64,000 bases of DNA, taken from the NCBI GenBank assembly GCA_963664015.2, contig CAXXLF010000002.1, positions 896,001 through 960,000 on the forward strand, in the 5' to 3' direction. The translations under genes and the position numbers were made by a program. The notes beneath the pieces were generated by a model, which was not told where the DNA came from, did no database searches, and saw only the letters and a program-made list of their open reading frames with translations. The stretch is from Candidatus Binatia bacterium. GTDB taxonomy: Bacteria; Desulfobacterota; Binatia; UBA9968; CAXXLF01. Shown here in pieces: positions 10,823 through 21,977 of the stretch. Each line of letters opens with the position of its first letter. The stretch's first letter is position 1.

Positions 10823-11350
10823 CTACCCGTTTGTACGCTCCGATGCCTGCTGCGTGTAAAGATCAGGATCGCTATACCCCATCCGTTCCGCCTTCTTATG
10901 GCCTACCATCACCTGGAGGAAGACAGGCTCGACTCCATCATTTTTAAAGCCGTGAATGACGCCGGCCGGGCTGGAAACGCAATCCCATGGGCCGAGATTG
11001 AGCTCGAGGTGCCGACCGTCTTCCTCCTCGAAAAACACCATCAGATTTCCCTTCAGGACAAAGAAAACTTCCTCAACCGGATGCGTGTGAGGGGCATTCC
11101 CTTCACCGGGAGGCACATACATGATGGACATCCTCGTCCCCCCAGCCGGAATAAATTTTATTTCCGGCTTGCCGAGGGTTTCCCCGATGTATCGGTATTG
11201 AGCCCGGCGGTAGCCGTCAATCTTCGAGTCTTCGAAAACGTTCCAGTCGGGCTTAATCTCTGCGAAGCGCATTGTGTAGCCCTGAGCAATCTCGTCGAGA
11301 CTCATGTTAACCACATCTGGATGCCGTGGATGCCGGGCGACCTTACTCAT
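10823..11350 (-). CDS. Cupin domain protein
   Basis: PHTHPVEEVFFVLKG and PAGVIHGFKN cupin motifs. Confidence 0.85.
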   Translation of the reverse strand: MSKVARHPRHPDVVNMSLDEIAQGYTMRFAEIKPDWNVFEDSKIDGYRRAQYRYIGETLGKPEIKFIPAGGTRMSIMYVPPGEGNAPHTHPVEEVFFVLKGNLMVFFEEEDGRHLELNLGPWDCVSSPAGVIHGFKNDGVEPVFLQVMVGHKKAERMGYSDPDLYTQQASERTNG

Positions 11351-11519
11351 GTCTTCCTCCTTGATCTGGTTATGTATATCCGTATTGCTTATCAGGGCCA
11401 GCGTTACCTTATGACCATTCTTGCCTTTCGGCCGTCAAATAACAGCACGCGCCCCCCTGCTGGGAATCATTTACCACCGCCTTGGAAGAAAAACAAAAGG
11501 CATTGGCAGTTTGGTTGTC

Positions 11520-11720
11520 TATTCCAGAAAGGCTTGGCTTGCCAGACGGAACCTTCATTTTCTCCGTCAGACATTTGCGAGTTTGTTAATAGCTCAGGGA
11601 GAGAGCCTTGCATACGTGAAGGACCAGATGGGACATAGCAGCATCGAGGTAACCGTGGATATCTACGGACATCTAGTCCCCGGCGCGAACAGGCAGGCGG
11701 TGAACAGGTTGGATGACGCT
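11520..11720 (+). pseudogene. Tyrosine integrase C-terminal remnant
   Basis: HFLRQTFASLLIAQGESLAYVKDQMGHSSIEVTVDIYGHL (HxLR..GH..Y box II); N-terminal domains absent; points at the tRNA 3' end; limits approximate. Confidence 0.85.
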
Positions 11721-11816
11721 ATGCCTGAATCGGACGAACAAAAAGCGTATGAAAACAAAGTGGAAACATCTAACAGTTTGGACGAGAGAGAGAAGACGCA
11801 AGTTATTGAAAATGAA

Positions 11817-11892
<76 letters not shown>

Positions 11893-11941
11893 TAAGGGAG
11901 GAATATTCAGGACTTACCTTAATGACCGGGGAGTCTGATGC

Positions 11942-12373
11942 TTACGATTCAAGGCTACGAATCTTCCCCTCTATGAATGCCTTTGCTTTCTCAGCGTCGT
12001 TTTTCTTCAGGCCCTTTACAACCAAGTTACTAGAGCCGCCCTTATTGATTACTTCAAGATCTGCGGAAAATACTTGGCGGATAATGTTCACCGGTGCGAT
12101 GGGGTGATATGGAAGAGTCATCTTGGTGCGCTTTAGTCCCTCAATGCCCTCACCCTCGACGCAATCCTCCTTGACTACAAGCTCCTGTTTCATTGAAGTA
12201 GAGCATGGAAAATTGACCGATGAAAGAACCAATCAGCCCGATGGCAAGAAAGAGTGTCAGGGGGCTGGTCTTACCGAGGACAACGTTCTTACTAGCTAAA
12301 AAACCGGCTAGAAGGCCAAACACGATGGTCGCCAGCAGATTATCTTGAAAATAGATCAGTACGTCTGGGCCAT
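11942..12373 (-). pseudogene. Apparent chimera: GlsB/YeaQ-like membrane N-terminus joined out of frame to a bPH-like C-terminal fragment
   Basis: DVLIYFQDNLLATIVFGLLAGFLAS..LIGSFIGQF in one frame; ELVVKEDCVEGEGIEG..DAEKAKAFIE in another. Confidence 0.4.
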
Positions 12374-12390
12374 TTTACTTTGCCTTTAGA

Positions 12391-13023
12391 TTATTCTTTT
12401 AGTGCCCTGAGGATCTCCTGAGTCGCCTGCCGGGGTCTGGGTGATGCGATAATGGCTGAAATCAACGCCACCTCCCTGAGACCGACCTGCTTTATTTCAG
12501 CGATCTTCTGAGCCTCAAATCCACCTATAGGATAAACCCGAACCGAAACTTTTTCCACCACTTTTTTAAGCTGTTCCAGGCCCTGGGGACTTCCATACGC
12601 CATTTTCGAAGGGGTAAAGTAGATCGGCCCGAATACCAAAAAGTCCGCCCCCATTTTTTCCGCCTCCTGGGCGGCTTCCAAGGAGTGGACGGATACCCCA
12701 ATGCTCCTTTTTGCTCCAATAAGTCCACGGGTGACCGGTATGGGCATCGAACTACCAGCTAGATGGACCCCGTCTGCCCCCACCGCCAAGGCCACATCGA
12801 TTCGATCATTGATAAACAGACTGGCATGCCACCGGGTACAGAGGGCCTTGACCTTCTCGGCCAAAAGATAGAGTTCCCGACCGGCGAGATCTTTCTCTCG
12901 GAGCTGAATTGCCCGGACCCCACCCTCAAGAGCCTCCTCGATTACCCAGAGGAGTCCCTTGCTCCCGGCTAAATGCCGATCGGTAATTAGGTAGAGATCG
13001 AAATCCGGCCTGTGCAGCGACAA
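12391..13023 (-). CDS. thiE: Thiamine-phosphate synthase
   Basis: LYLITD, QLREK, INDRIDVALAVGADGVHL, SVHS, GPIYFTPSK. Confidence 0.9.
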   Translation of the reverse strand: MSLHRPDFDLYLITDRHLAGSKGLLWVIEEALEGGVRAIQLREKDLAGRELYLLAEKVKALCTRWHASLFINDRIDVALAVGADGVHLAGSSMPIPVTRGLIGAKRSIGVSVHSLEAAQEAEKMGADFLVFGPIYFTPSKMAYGSPQGLEQLKKVVEKVSVRVYPIGGFEAQKIAEIKQVGLREVALISAIIASPRPRQATQEILRALKE

Positions 13024-13027
13024 TGGA

Positions 13028-13801
13028 CTAAACCGAAAGACCCTCGATGGGGCTGGACGCAGTAGCGTAGAGTTTCTTTGGAATACGACCGGCCTTGAAG
13101 GCCCTACGACCGGCCTCGATGGCGAGTTTCATTGCCTCTGCCATGAGGATCGGGTCTCGAGCACCGGCTATGGCCGTGTTCATTAAGACACCGTCGCATC
13201 CCATTTCCATGACAATCGAGGCGTCCGATGCAGTCCCCACACCGGCATCTACAATCACCGGGACCGTGGCCTGGCCCAGGATAATCTGAATGTTATAAGG
13301 GTTTCGAACCCCAAGCCCGGAGCCAATGGGTGCGGCCAAAGGCATGACTGCAGCGCATCCCATCTCTTGAAGCTTTTTGGCCGAAACCGGATCGTCAGTG
13401 ATATAGGGCAAGACAACGAATCCCTCTTTGATGAGAATTTGAGCGGCCTCGAGTGTTGCCAGCATATCCGGGAAGAGGTTCTTGGCATCCCCAATTACCT
13501 CGAGCTTGACCACGGAACCCACCCCGGCCTCGCGGGCTATGCGACAGGTCCGAACGGCTTCGTCCGCGGTGGTGCAACCTGCCGTATTGGGCAGGATCGT
13601 ATATTTTTTTGGATCTATATAGTCGAGGAGATTTTCCTTGTTTGGGTCCGTGATGTTGACCCGACGAACTGCAACGGTAACAATCTCGGCCCCTGAGGCC
13701 TCGATGGCCTTCCGCGTCTCGTTAAAGTCCTTGTATTTACCGGTCCCGACAATTAGACGGGAACGGTAGCTCCTGTCGCCTAGTTTAAAAACGTCCTCCA
13801 T
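13028..13801 (-). CDS. thiG: Thiazole synthase
   Basis: [45 protein letters not shown]. Confidence 0.97.
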   Translation of the reverse strand: MEDVFKLGDRSYRSRLIVGTGKYKDFNETRKAIEASGAEIVTVAVRRVNITDPNKENLLDYIDPKKYTILPNTAGCTTADEAVRTCRIAREAGVGSVVKLEVIGDAKNLFPDMLATLEAAQILIKEGFVVLPYITDDPVSAKKLQEMGCAAVMPLAAPIGSGLGVRNPYNIQIILGQATVPVIVDAGVGTASDASIVMEMGCDGVLMNTAIAGARDPILMAEAMKLAIEAGRRAFKAGRIPKKLYATASSPIEGLSV

Positions 13802-13882
13802 AGCCTTCCTTACTTTCCCCCGTGGAATAATTGCTCGACCGAGACTGAAATAATCGGACCATGATATGATTCCACCGGGTGG

Positions 13883-14083
13883 TTATCCTCCTCCCACGAA
13901 TTGAATGATCTCCACCTTGTCCCCATCCTGCAGCACCGTGGTTTCATGGGCATCGCGGGAGAGGACGTTCAAGTTTAACTCAACGACCACCCGGCCGGCA
14001 CGAATCCCGAACTCATCGAGCAGCTGGGTCACATTGAGCCCCGCTCCGATCTCCCTTGCTTCTCCGTTAATTTGAACAACCAC
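13883..14083 (-). CDS. thiS: Sulfur carrier protein
   Basis: INGE N-terminus; GDKVEIIQFVGGG C-terminus. Confidence 0.95.
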   Translation of the reverse strand: MVVQINGEAREIGAGLNVTQLLDEFGIRAGRVVVELNLNVLSRDAHETTVLQDGDKVEIIQFVGGG

Positions 14084-14167
14084 TTTAAATACGAAAAACC
14101 GTACCCAACCGGACCACCTAAAGAGATGGGGCCAGAGAATACGGTCCTGAGTTCGTCCTCGCTAAGT

Positions 14168-14266
14168 GCGCTTCCCTCCGCCGGCACTAACCGGATCAGG
14201 TTCAAAGGGTTACCCAACAACACCGTGTCGGGCTCTCAGTTCGCACGGAACGAACACCCCTAGCTA
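14168..14266 (-). promoter_or_regulatory. TPP riboswitch
   Basis: Reverse complement CTAGGGGTG..CTGAGA..CCCTTTGAACCTGATCCGGTTAGTGCCGGCGGAGGGAAG, upstream of thiS. Confidence 0.92.
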
Positions 14267-14306
14267 TGAGGCAACCTACCAGACGGCCCAGAGCAAGTCA
14301 ATCTAG

Positions 14307-15156
14307 CTAGCGTTCCACCGCGATGCTGGCGTAGCCGACGACCTCGTCCATGGGTGCTACATCTCCCGAATGACGGTGTTTAAGGAGGTGCCCCTGCTTG
14401 GCACCCAGTTCCCGAGCGGCAAAGAGCATCACCGCCGCAGGAATCACTCCGCACATACTGATTCGCTCCCGGCCCACAGTAGTCAGCAAACCGACCGGAT
14501 CTAGATCGACAAGCCGAGCCAACGCCATGCCATCGAGCTTTTCCGTTTCTCGGGGACTCAGGTAATGGTTGAGATCGCTGCTTGCGATAAGAAACGGCTT
14601 TTCCCCCTCCAGTGCCCCCCCCCTTCCCGTAAAGCGAAGCCAGGGTACGGCCCAGTTGACAGCACTCTTCTTGGGAGAGAAAGGATAGAGAGATTGGCAG
14701 GATGGTAAAGCTTCGGAGCTCGCGTTGAAGAAACGGTAACTGAACTTCTATGCTGTGTTCTTCACGAAGTGGCGCCTCATCGTCCGCCAAGAAATCGACC
14801 CGACCCTTCAGATGACCGGCCAAACCCTGCTCAACTTGAACGCGGCCCAAGGGAGTCTCCCAAGCCGATGCCGGACTGACCGAGGCCCTAGCGCTGGATC
14901 CTTGGTGATTCACTCCCAGAAGAATTACACAATCGACATCGGTCTCCAACCGCGAATAAAAATGCGCCGCGCAAGGCCCCGAGTAGACATAGCCTGCGTG
15001 CGGGACCATACCGCCCAAAAGCTTGGAGGAGGGCAGGCCGACCCCTTGGGGACCCAAAGGATGGCCCTGAAAGCATTCCCGCAACCGTTGGAGAAGTTCA
15101 TCGGGATCTGCCGGGTAAAAGGAACCGGCAAAAGCCGGGGGTCTGACATGCGTCAT
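14307..15156 (-). pseudogene. amrB: MEMO1-family (AmmeMemoRadiSam protein B), frameshifted at a G9 run
   Basis: RPPAFAGSFYP, PHAGYVYSG, EHSIEVQLPFLQ; IASSDLNHY, SMCG and VVGYAS continue in a shifted frame; C9 at 14615-14623 on +. Confidence 0.8.
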
Positions 15157-15161
15157 GACAA

Positions 15162-16106
15162 TCAGGGTGCGGCGATCTCAACCTGCAGGGCACCAATTCC
15201 TTGGACCTCTGCTTCCACTCTGTCCCCAATCTTGAGAAAGATCGGAGGGGTTCGGGCGAAGCCAACACCCGACGGTGTGCCCGTGCTGATAATGTCTCCC
15301 GGCTCCAACGTCACACCCTTGGAAAGCTCGTGAATAGTCGTGGGGATATCGAAGATCATATCTCCAGTGCTGGCATCCTGCATCACTTCCCCGTTGAGCC
15401 TGCATTGGAGCCGCAGATTATGGGGATTGGGAATCAGGCTTTTATGCACGATCCACGGGCCCAAAGGACAAAAGGTATCCAGCGATTTCCCTTTGAACCA
15501 CTGCCCGTGGCTACGTTGCAGGTCACGGGCAGTCATATCCAGGCAGACGGTGTAGCCAAAAACAAATTCATAGGCCTTTTCTTTTGGGATGTCTCTTCCT
15601 CTGCGCCCTATAACAAAGGCTCACTCGGCCTCATAATCGAGACGTTGCGTCGCAGCGTGATGGATGACCTTTCCAAGATGGCCAATGACCGAAGTCGCGG
15701 GTTTGGTAAAAAAGATAGGGGCCTCCGGGGTCTTGAGCTCGACTGCCCTTGCCCGAGCCCCTTCGACAATGTGCTCCTGGTAGTTGACTCCCAGAAGGAC
15801 AACGTTTTTCCTGGGTTGGGGGATCGGAGCATGGAGCTTGGTCCTCGTCAGATTCAGTACCACTCCCCCGTGACGGAGCCTCTTCAATCCCTCAGGCTTC
15901 TGCCCTTCAACGTACTTAAGAACCCTCCTGGCCGCAGTCAGGCCTTTGCCCCCCGCTTCGATTAGAGCCAGCATGTCGCGAACGTACGGGGGCTCACCGG
16001 CCTTGAGAAAGCGCCGATGCACCTCGGCGAAATCAATCACTTGATCACCAGAGCCCAACAGGCCCAATCGAACTTGCTTCTTTCGTATAAAGCTGACTAA
16101 ACGCAT
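15162..16106 (-). pseudogene. Fumarylacetoacetate hydrolase-family protein with in-frame TGA
   Basis: DYEAE*AFVIG (TGA at 15621-15623 where Leu is expected); frame continues to ARDLQ, GKSLDTFCPLGP, GDIISTGTPSGVG. Confidence 0.85.
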
Positions 16107-16242
16107 AGGACCCCCTCCATGGCATCCAGCTATAAAAAACACTCCCTTACTAAGTCAAGAAACGAATGGGTCCAGGCCGCCCAGTGTGCAAGACAAATGG
16201 GATAATTGCATGAAGCCTCGCTCAATGCTAATTTAGCTCCAG

Positions 16243-16470
16243 ATGAGGAAGAAATCTCAAAGGCATACCACCATGAAAGTGGGGGATCGGATTCTTGTCC
16301 CAAGGCCGATCCGTAAGGAAGTCTTCACCATTGTAAGAGTGGAAATCCCCCACAGTAGTGAGCGGGTCTTCGTCACGAAATCGGGAGGCGATTTCACCAT
16401 CGGTTTGAAGCTATGGAAAACGGATTACGCTTGGAATGAAGCAAACAAAATTTGGACTCCCAAGCGCTAA
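16243..16470 (+). CDS. Small hypothetical protein
   Basis: ORF only; MKVGDRILV beta-barrel-like start. Confidence 0.4.
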   Translation: MRKKSQRHTTMKVGDRILVPRPIRKEVFTIVRVEIPHSSERVFVTKSGGDFTIGLKLWKTDYAWNEANKIWTPKR

Positions 16471-16598
16471 GCTATTGCAATGGGAGCCGCGCCACTAAAA
16501 ACTTCTTTACCAACCGATCTTAAATTGTGTGTTGACTCGTTAACCCCGGTGAAGCAACCCGCAAAGATCTCGGCCATCGGTTAAAAACCCAGCCGGCC

Positions 16599-17933
16599 AT
16601 GAAACGGACACTCAAAGATTTCTTAACTGAGATCGAAAAAGGGACAGCCCCCTCTCTCATCCTGTTACACGGTGATGACTACCATGTGCACGAGACGAGC
16701 AGAAGTCTGCTCGGCGCCCTCGTACCCGAGGACCAGCGTGCATTCAACTTCGAGCGATTCGACGGCCGGACCGCATCCTGGGATCAGATCGAGTCGAGCT
16801 TCCGCACCCCTCCCCTCCTCCCGGGCACAAAAACTATTTTTATAGAAAATGCCCCGTATTTTTTGTCCCGAGAACGCAATGGAGAGCTAGCTAAAAAGGT
16901 ACAGCAGCTCTGGTCTGAAGAAAAAAAGGACGAAGCAGCACGGCTCTTCCTCGATCTCATGGCGCAGGAAGGGTGGACTCCAAATTCAAGTGATCGTGAT
17001 CGCCCACGGCCGTCCGGTCCTGGGGCGAAGCCCTCCGCCCGTGGGAACGGAAAAGGAAAAGAAAGTCCCGGCGAGATGGACGATATCCTTGCCTACTGCC
17101 TCAGCCGAGGCATGGATCCCGCCAAGCACCGAACCGCACAGGATCACAGGCTGCTCGATCTGCTCGAGGAAGGGTTACCTTCCTGGGTGGTCCTTCTCAT
17201 ATCTGCCCCCCACGTGGACAAGAGGACCCGCCTCTACCGCAGAGTGGAACAGGAGGGGTCTGTCTTGGACCTGAGCTTAGAGCGAGAGAGAAGCGGCAGG
17301 ATCAAGAAGGAAAGCCTTGCTGACTTCCTCGATCGCCAGATCCGGGGATCGGGCAAGAGGATCGAGCCCAAGGCCCGGAATCTGCTCATGGCACGGGCTG
17401 GTGATGAGCTATGGGGGGTGCACCAGGAGATTGAAAAACTGCTGCTCTACGTGGGCGAACAGCCGTGGATTCGTGCCGCCGACGTCGAAGAGGTTTTTTC
17501 CGATCAGGCGGAGGCATGGATATTTGATCTGACCACTGCCGTCTCCCAGCGAGACACCTTAAGAGCAATAAGCAACCTGGCGCGGTTGTTATTCCAAGGG
17601 GAACCGGCATTAAAAATCCTCGGGACCGTGGCTAGCGACGTCAGAAGGCTGCTAACGGCGCGACAGTTCATCGACGGGGAACTCCACGGCCGATGGAAAG
17701 GCGACATGACCTTTCAGGAATTCCAGCGGACCGTGCTTCCCAAGGGTGCTCCGGTCATCACCCAGAACGCTTATGCCGATTATATGAGTTTCCAAAGAGC
17801 ATCAATTTTCACATCTCGGGATCTGGTTCGCTTCCTCCGGATGATTTATCAAACCGACATAAGACTCAAATCTACCGGCAAACAACCACGCATGCTTATG
17901 GAACAGTTAATTTTAGAGATGTGCCAGAGTTAG
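16599..17933 (+). CDS. holA: DNA polymerase III delta subunit (with insertion)
   Basis: LLHGDDY, AFNFERFDG, TPP, QEIEKLLLY, IFDLT, DIRLKS. Confidence 0.8.
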   Translation: MKRTLKDFLTEIEKGTAPSLILLHGDDYHVHETSRSLLGALVPEDQRAFNFERFDGRTASWDQIESSFRTPPLLPGTKTIFIENAPYFLSRERNGELAKKVQQLWSEEKKDEAARLFLDLMAQEGWTPNSSDRDRPRPSGPGAKPSARGNGKGKESPGEMDDILAYCLSRGMDPAKHRTAQDHRLLDLLEEGLPSWVVLLISAPHVDKRTRLYRRVEQEGSVLDLSLERERSGRIKKESLADFLDRQIRGSGKRIEPKARNLLMARAGDELWGVHQEIEKLLLYVGEQPWIRAADVEEVFSDQAEAWIFDLTTAVSQRDTLRAISNLARLLFQGEPALKILGTVASDVRRLLTARQFIDGELHGRWKGDMTFQEFQRTVLPKGAPVITQNAYADYMSFQRASIFTSRDLVRFLRMIYQTDIRLKSTGKQPRMLMEQLILEMCQS

Positions 17934-17937
17934 GTCA

Positions 17938-18516
17938 ATGAAAATACCCAGTAGGACAAAACCGAGAGATAGAGTTAGCCCGCGAAGGGTCTTTGGGCTC
18001 ATTCTGCTCCTCGGCCTCTGCCACCCCCTAGGGGAGCCTTCCCGCGGATGGGCCGAGATGGTGGTCCAGGCCTGTTTCAGTCCTGCGGGAAAATGCTCCA
18101 ATCACATCATTCGCGAGCTTGAGGAAGCCCAAAAGGAAATACTCGTGACGGTTTTCGCCTTTACCAGCAGCGACATAGCCCGGGCTCTGGTACGGGCTAA
18201 GCGGCGCGGGGTCAAGGTTCAAGTCGTGTTGGACCGGGAGTTCGATAGCAACGACTATTCCCAAGGCTCATTCTTGAAGAAGAAGGGGCTCAACGTCCGC
18301 CGTGTCAGCGGACTGAGCCAAGGGGAGGACCGGCACGGCTCCATGCACCAGAAATTCGCGGGCATCGACGGTCGGGTGGTTCTGACCGGCTAGTACAATT
18401 GGACCGCATCGACGGAGAACTACAACGCGGAGAATCTTCTCCTGTTCTGTGACGCCGGACTCTTGGCAGAAGAGTACCGCAGTCAGTTTTACCGCCTGTG
18501 GGAAAAAGGCCGATGA
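17938..18516 (+). pseudogene. Phospholipase D-like nuclease (Nuc type) with in-frame TAG
   Basis: FSP, RGVKVQVVLD, MHQKFAGID..LTG*YNWT..N.EN; TAG at 18391-18393 replaces the conserved Ser; true stop overlaps next ATG. Confidence 0.8.
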
Positions 18517-18930
18517 AGGTCCTCAGCCTAAAGACCTTACTCATGGTTAGTTTTGCATACCTGGAAGGATTCCTATCCCACCTCCTGATCCAGGAATCCT
18601 TCCGACCTAGCGACACCGCCGGTGCTAAACGCAGCAGACCTGAAAAAGATCATGACCCTGGCCGGCGTCCGTGCCCGGGTCCGCGGCCGAATCTACCAAG
18701 TGGGGCATTCGAAAAAAAGCAACACCTACTTACACAATTCTGGCCCGTCCCGTTCCGCCTTTACTGGGGTGGTCTTTGCCTCGGCCCTTGAGCATTTCGA
18801 GCACCGGTCAATCAGCCTGACGAGCTATCAAGGTCGCGAGGTCGGACTGATCGGTAAAATCCTAAAGCATTCCAAATTCGGACTGGAAATGGTCCGGGAA
18901 GACCCCTCACAAATCCAACCACTCGATTAA
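18513..18930 (+). pseudogene. OB-fold-like protein, frameshifted near 18618
   Basis: ATGA-coupled start MKVLSLK; domain VRGRIYQVGHSKKSNTYL..FTGVVF..YQGREV lies in another frame. Confidence 0.5.
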
Positions 18931-19107
18931 TCATTGGATTTTTTTAAGGTTGTGGCGAAGCTCCGTTTTGGGGTAAAATCATTAAATGGAAGGTGCGAAA
19001 ACAAATGCATGCTTTGTGCTAAGCTCACAGATCTCAGGAGCGGCAAATGCGAACCATGCCAGGAGCGAATCCGGCGTGAAGCCCGTGGGGAACGGGTCGA
19101 GACCAGG

Positions 19108-19259
19108 ATGAAGCCTCCACGGGCTTACGCCCGTGGGATCCTTCCTTGTCTTCGGCGAATTCCGCCGACGCACCCTCCTAGCTTTTCGAGCTTCGGAGGG
19201 TCCGTCCATCGCATTCATCCATGAGCGTACGCCCATGGCCTTCTGCGAAGGCGAATAAA
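19108..19259. mobile_element. Palindrome-rich non-autonomous element (IS200/IS605 PATE/REP-like)
   Basis: Hairpin ccacgggc-ttac-gcccgtgg 19117-19136, degenerate copy 19219-19238, three further hairpins; no transposase. Confidence 0.6.
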
Positions 19260-19350
19260 GGCTGACAAAAAATTAAAAAGACATGGAGTCGTACCGGACG
19301 GAGGGAAGGAGTCCAGATAGGAAAAGAGAAACTTGCCGAATCGGAGCCAT

Positions 19351-19839
19351 ATGACGGGAAATAAGGGAAATATCGATAAGGCTATGAAGCTTTTCCGAGA
19401 GGCTTACGACCGCCAGATGGAAGGCGAGTTGGAGACTGCCGTTCACCTGTACCACGAGTCGATCAACTGTCACCCCACAGCAGAAGCCTATACCTATCTA
19501 GGCTGGACCTACAGCTTTCAAGGACGCTACGAGGATGCTATAGAAGAGTGTAAGAAGGCCATCGTTGCGGATCCGAGCTTCGGCAACCCGTACAACGATA
19601 TTGGTGCCTACCTAATCAACCTTGGCCAACTAGACGACGCCATCCCATGGCTCGAGAAAGCAACCCAGGCGGACCGGTACGCATGCTACCACTTTCCCCA
19701 TTGCAATCTGGGACGAGTCTTTATGGAAAAGGGAATGTTAAAGCGGGCCTTGGAAGAGTTTGGCAAGGCCCTCGTCATCGAACCCAACTATCTTTTTGCC
19801 CGTCAGGCAGTAGAAGCTATCGAGCAGCAACTCCAATAG
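19351..19839 (+). CDS. Tetratricopeptide repeat protein
   Basis: PTAEAYTYLGWTYS, FGNPYNDIGAYL, NLGRV TPR units. Confidence 0.85.
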   Translation: MTGNKGNIDKAMKLFREAYDRQMEGELETAVHLYHESINCHPTAEAYTYLGWTYSFQGRYEDAIEECKKAIVADPSFGNPYNDIGAYLINLGQLDDAIPWLEKATQADRYACYHFPHCNLGRVFMEKGMLKRALEEFGKALVIEPNYLFARQAVEAIEQQLQ

Positions 19840-19888
19840 TCCCCACGGCTACGAAACTATCGGCTCAGGTCACCCTTGGGTCCCTGAG

Positions 19889-20476
19889 ATGAAAGGCGAT
19901 CCCCGCCATTTTGAATCCTTTGTCACCCGCCTTGGATTCCAGATAGAGGAAGATTCTCCGAATCGCGTCTCCCTGGTTTGGCGGGGTGGACGATTCCCGG
20001 GATTTATCTGTCTCGGCATGGCCGTTGCCCTGCTTGTCCTGACCATACCAATTGGGGCAGCCATTCGCAGCCAGGGATGGAGCGGCACGGCGGCGTCACT
20101 GTGGTACTTTCCTGTCATGGACCTGCTCTTGTTTGGTATCTCACTCTTCCTCATTAGTCTCCAACGCCGAATAGTCGCGGACCAACAATCCAGTCGAGTT
20201 TACCTCTCCAAGAGGAGTCTCTGGAAACGTAGAGCACTATCATTAGGTTTCAGTGAGATCGAATATCTAAAAATAGGGATGGACCTGGTCTACAGCGGCC
20301 CCGCCCTCGCAGGGTCCACGGCCGGCCAACAGTTTTTCCCCGCTCTTGCGCTTCGGCTCGTACTAAAAGATAGTGACACGGTGTTGCTGGACCGAGGCAG
20401 CAAAGATAGAATTCAGCAGTTGGCCCGCTGCCTGGAATCCCTGCTCCAAAAACCAATTGTCGAAAGCGAAAAATAA
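19889..20476 (+). CDS. Hypothetical membrane protein (2 TM)
   Basis: Two hydrophobic helices followed by a soluble domain. Confidence 0.6.
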   Translation: MKGDPRHFESFVTRLGFQIEEDSPNRVSLVWRGGRFPGFICLGMAVALLVLTIPIGAAIRSQGWSGTAASLWYFPVMDLLLFGISLFLISLQRRIVADQQSSRVYLSKRSLWKRRALSLGFSEIEYLKIGMDLVYSGPALAGSTAGQQFFPALALRLVLKDSDTVLLDRGSKDRIQQLARCLESLLQKPIVESEK

Positions 20477-20590
20477 CCCTTTTCACAAATAGCCTGAATG
20501 TGTTATATCCCTTCTCAACTGTTAAAAGTTTTCGACCAATCCCTTAGCAATCTCTTTTTCTTCTAAAAATCTTCGCGGAGGCCACCCGTT

Positions 20591-21733
20591 TTGAAGGCGA
20601 AAAAACAATTCGGATTCACCTTCATAGTCGTTATCCTTGTTGGCATTCTCACCCATTCTACGGGATGGTCGTTTTCTGAAAAACGGCTGACAGCACGGGC
20701 CGCCTTTCTCATGAACGCAACCACCGGCGAGGTTCTGTTCCAGCGTCAACCGGACCGGCCTTTGCCGCCTGCCAGCACAACCAAGGTAATGACTGCACTA
20801 GTTGCCCTGGAAAAGGCCGAACTAAAAGACCGCATGGCCGCAACCGAGACCGCCTCCCAGGTAACCCGACTCAAGCTAGGCCTCCGACCGGGCCAGACCA
20901 TGAGTGTCGAAGACTTGCTTTATAGCACCCTCCTCTACTCAGCCAACGATGCCAGTATGGTTCTGGCCGAGGGAATCGGGAGCTCGGTAGGCGGGTTTGC
21001 TGAGATGATGACCCAACGGGCAAAGGAGATCGGTGCTCAGAACAGCCAGTTCAAAAATCCCCACGGGCTAACGGCCATTGGCCACTATTCATCGGCACGG
21101 GATCTGGCCTTGATTTTTAATCGGGCCATGGAAAATCAGGATTTCCGAAACATTGTCCAAACCAAGTGGAAATGGGTCAACCTCTATACAACGAAAAACA
21201 GCAATCGGGTAAAAAAGCTGCCGGTTCGGAATAAAAACCGACTGCTATGGAATTTTAAAGGGGCCGTGGGCGGCAAGACCGGCTATACACGTGCCGCCAA
21301 GCGGTGTTTCGTCGGATCTGCAACGAGAAACGGAGTCACGCTGATCGTATCGATTCTCGGCTCTCGTTCCTTATGGAGAGATGCCCGTTCCCTACTCGAA
21401 TATGGATTTAATGAGCCCTCAGAGCAGCGGGGATCTGTCCCCCCCTCCGAATCTTACGAGAAATCGGACGATCAATACATGGTCCAGATTGGATCCTTCC
21501 AGGACCAGGAACGGGCCGAATCCTTCCGGAGCAAGATCTCAAAAGGAGGCTTTGACGTCTTCGTTCAAAAAGCATTTCTTATCGATGGTCCCACTGCGTA
21601 TCGAGTCCGCGTTGGCCCCTACTCGAGATGGAATCAGGCTAATCGAGCCGCTCGGAAACTGGAGCGGAAGAGGGGGCTCAACACGGTCATATTCCTCTCA
21701 CCATCACCCTCTAGTCCATCGGATTCGCCCTAA
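20591..21733 (+). CDS. D-Ala-D-Ala carboxypeptidase (S11) with C-terminal SPOR domain
   Basis: PASTTK (SxxK), SAND, NPHGL, KTG; VQIGSF..YRVRVGPY SPOR. Confidence 0.9.
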   Translation: MKAKKQFGFTFIVVILVGILTHSTGWSFSEKRLTARAAFLMNATTGEVLFQRQPDRPLPPASTTKVMTALVALEKAELKDRMAATETASQVTRLKLGLRPGQTMSVEDLLYSTLLYSANDASMVLAEGIGSSVGGFAEMMTQRAKEIGAQNSQFKNPHGLTAIGHYSSARDLALIFNRAMENQDFRNIVQTKWKWVNLYTTKNSNRVKKLPVRNKNRLLWNFKGAVGGKTGYTRAAKRCFVGSATRNGVTLIVSILGSRSLWRDARSLLEYGFNEPSEQRGSVPPSESYEKSDDQYMVQIGSFQDQERAESFRSKISKGGFDVFVQKAFLIDGPTAYRVRVGPYSRWNQANRAARKLERKRGLNTVIFLSPSPSSPSDSP

Positions 21734-21977
21734 GCCACATTCCCCAACGATGTCTGGACGGGGGAAAAGCACCTTTTCAAGGACTGACGGTCACTTACCG
21801 CAAAACGACCTCCCAACGGGCCTAGGCCGCGGTATCCTGGAAAGGCGGATTAAATTTTTTTCTAGCCAGGTTATTTCCTCTTGCACTTTGGCCCAATTCT
21901 TCCTATAGATACGGCCTGTAGGGTCAAACCTGTTTCCCCATATTTCTAACAGAACCCCCTACCGAGGAAGGGAGATC

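Noticed and set aside
15621-18393. Stop-codon recoding (Sec/Pyl) at the in-frame TGA and TAG
   Set aside because: They replace Leu and Ser, each reachable by one substitution; TGA and TAG end many intact genes in this window
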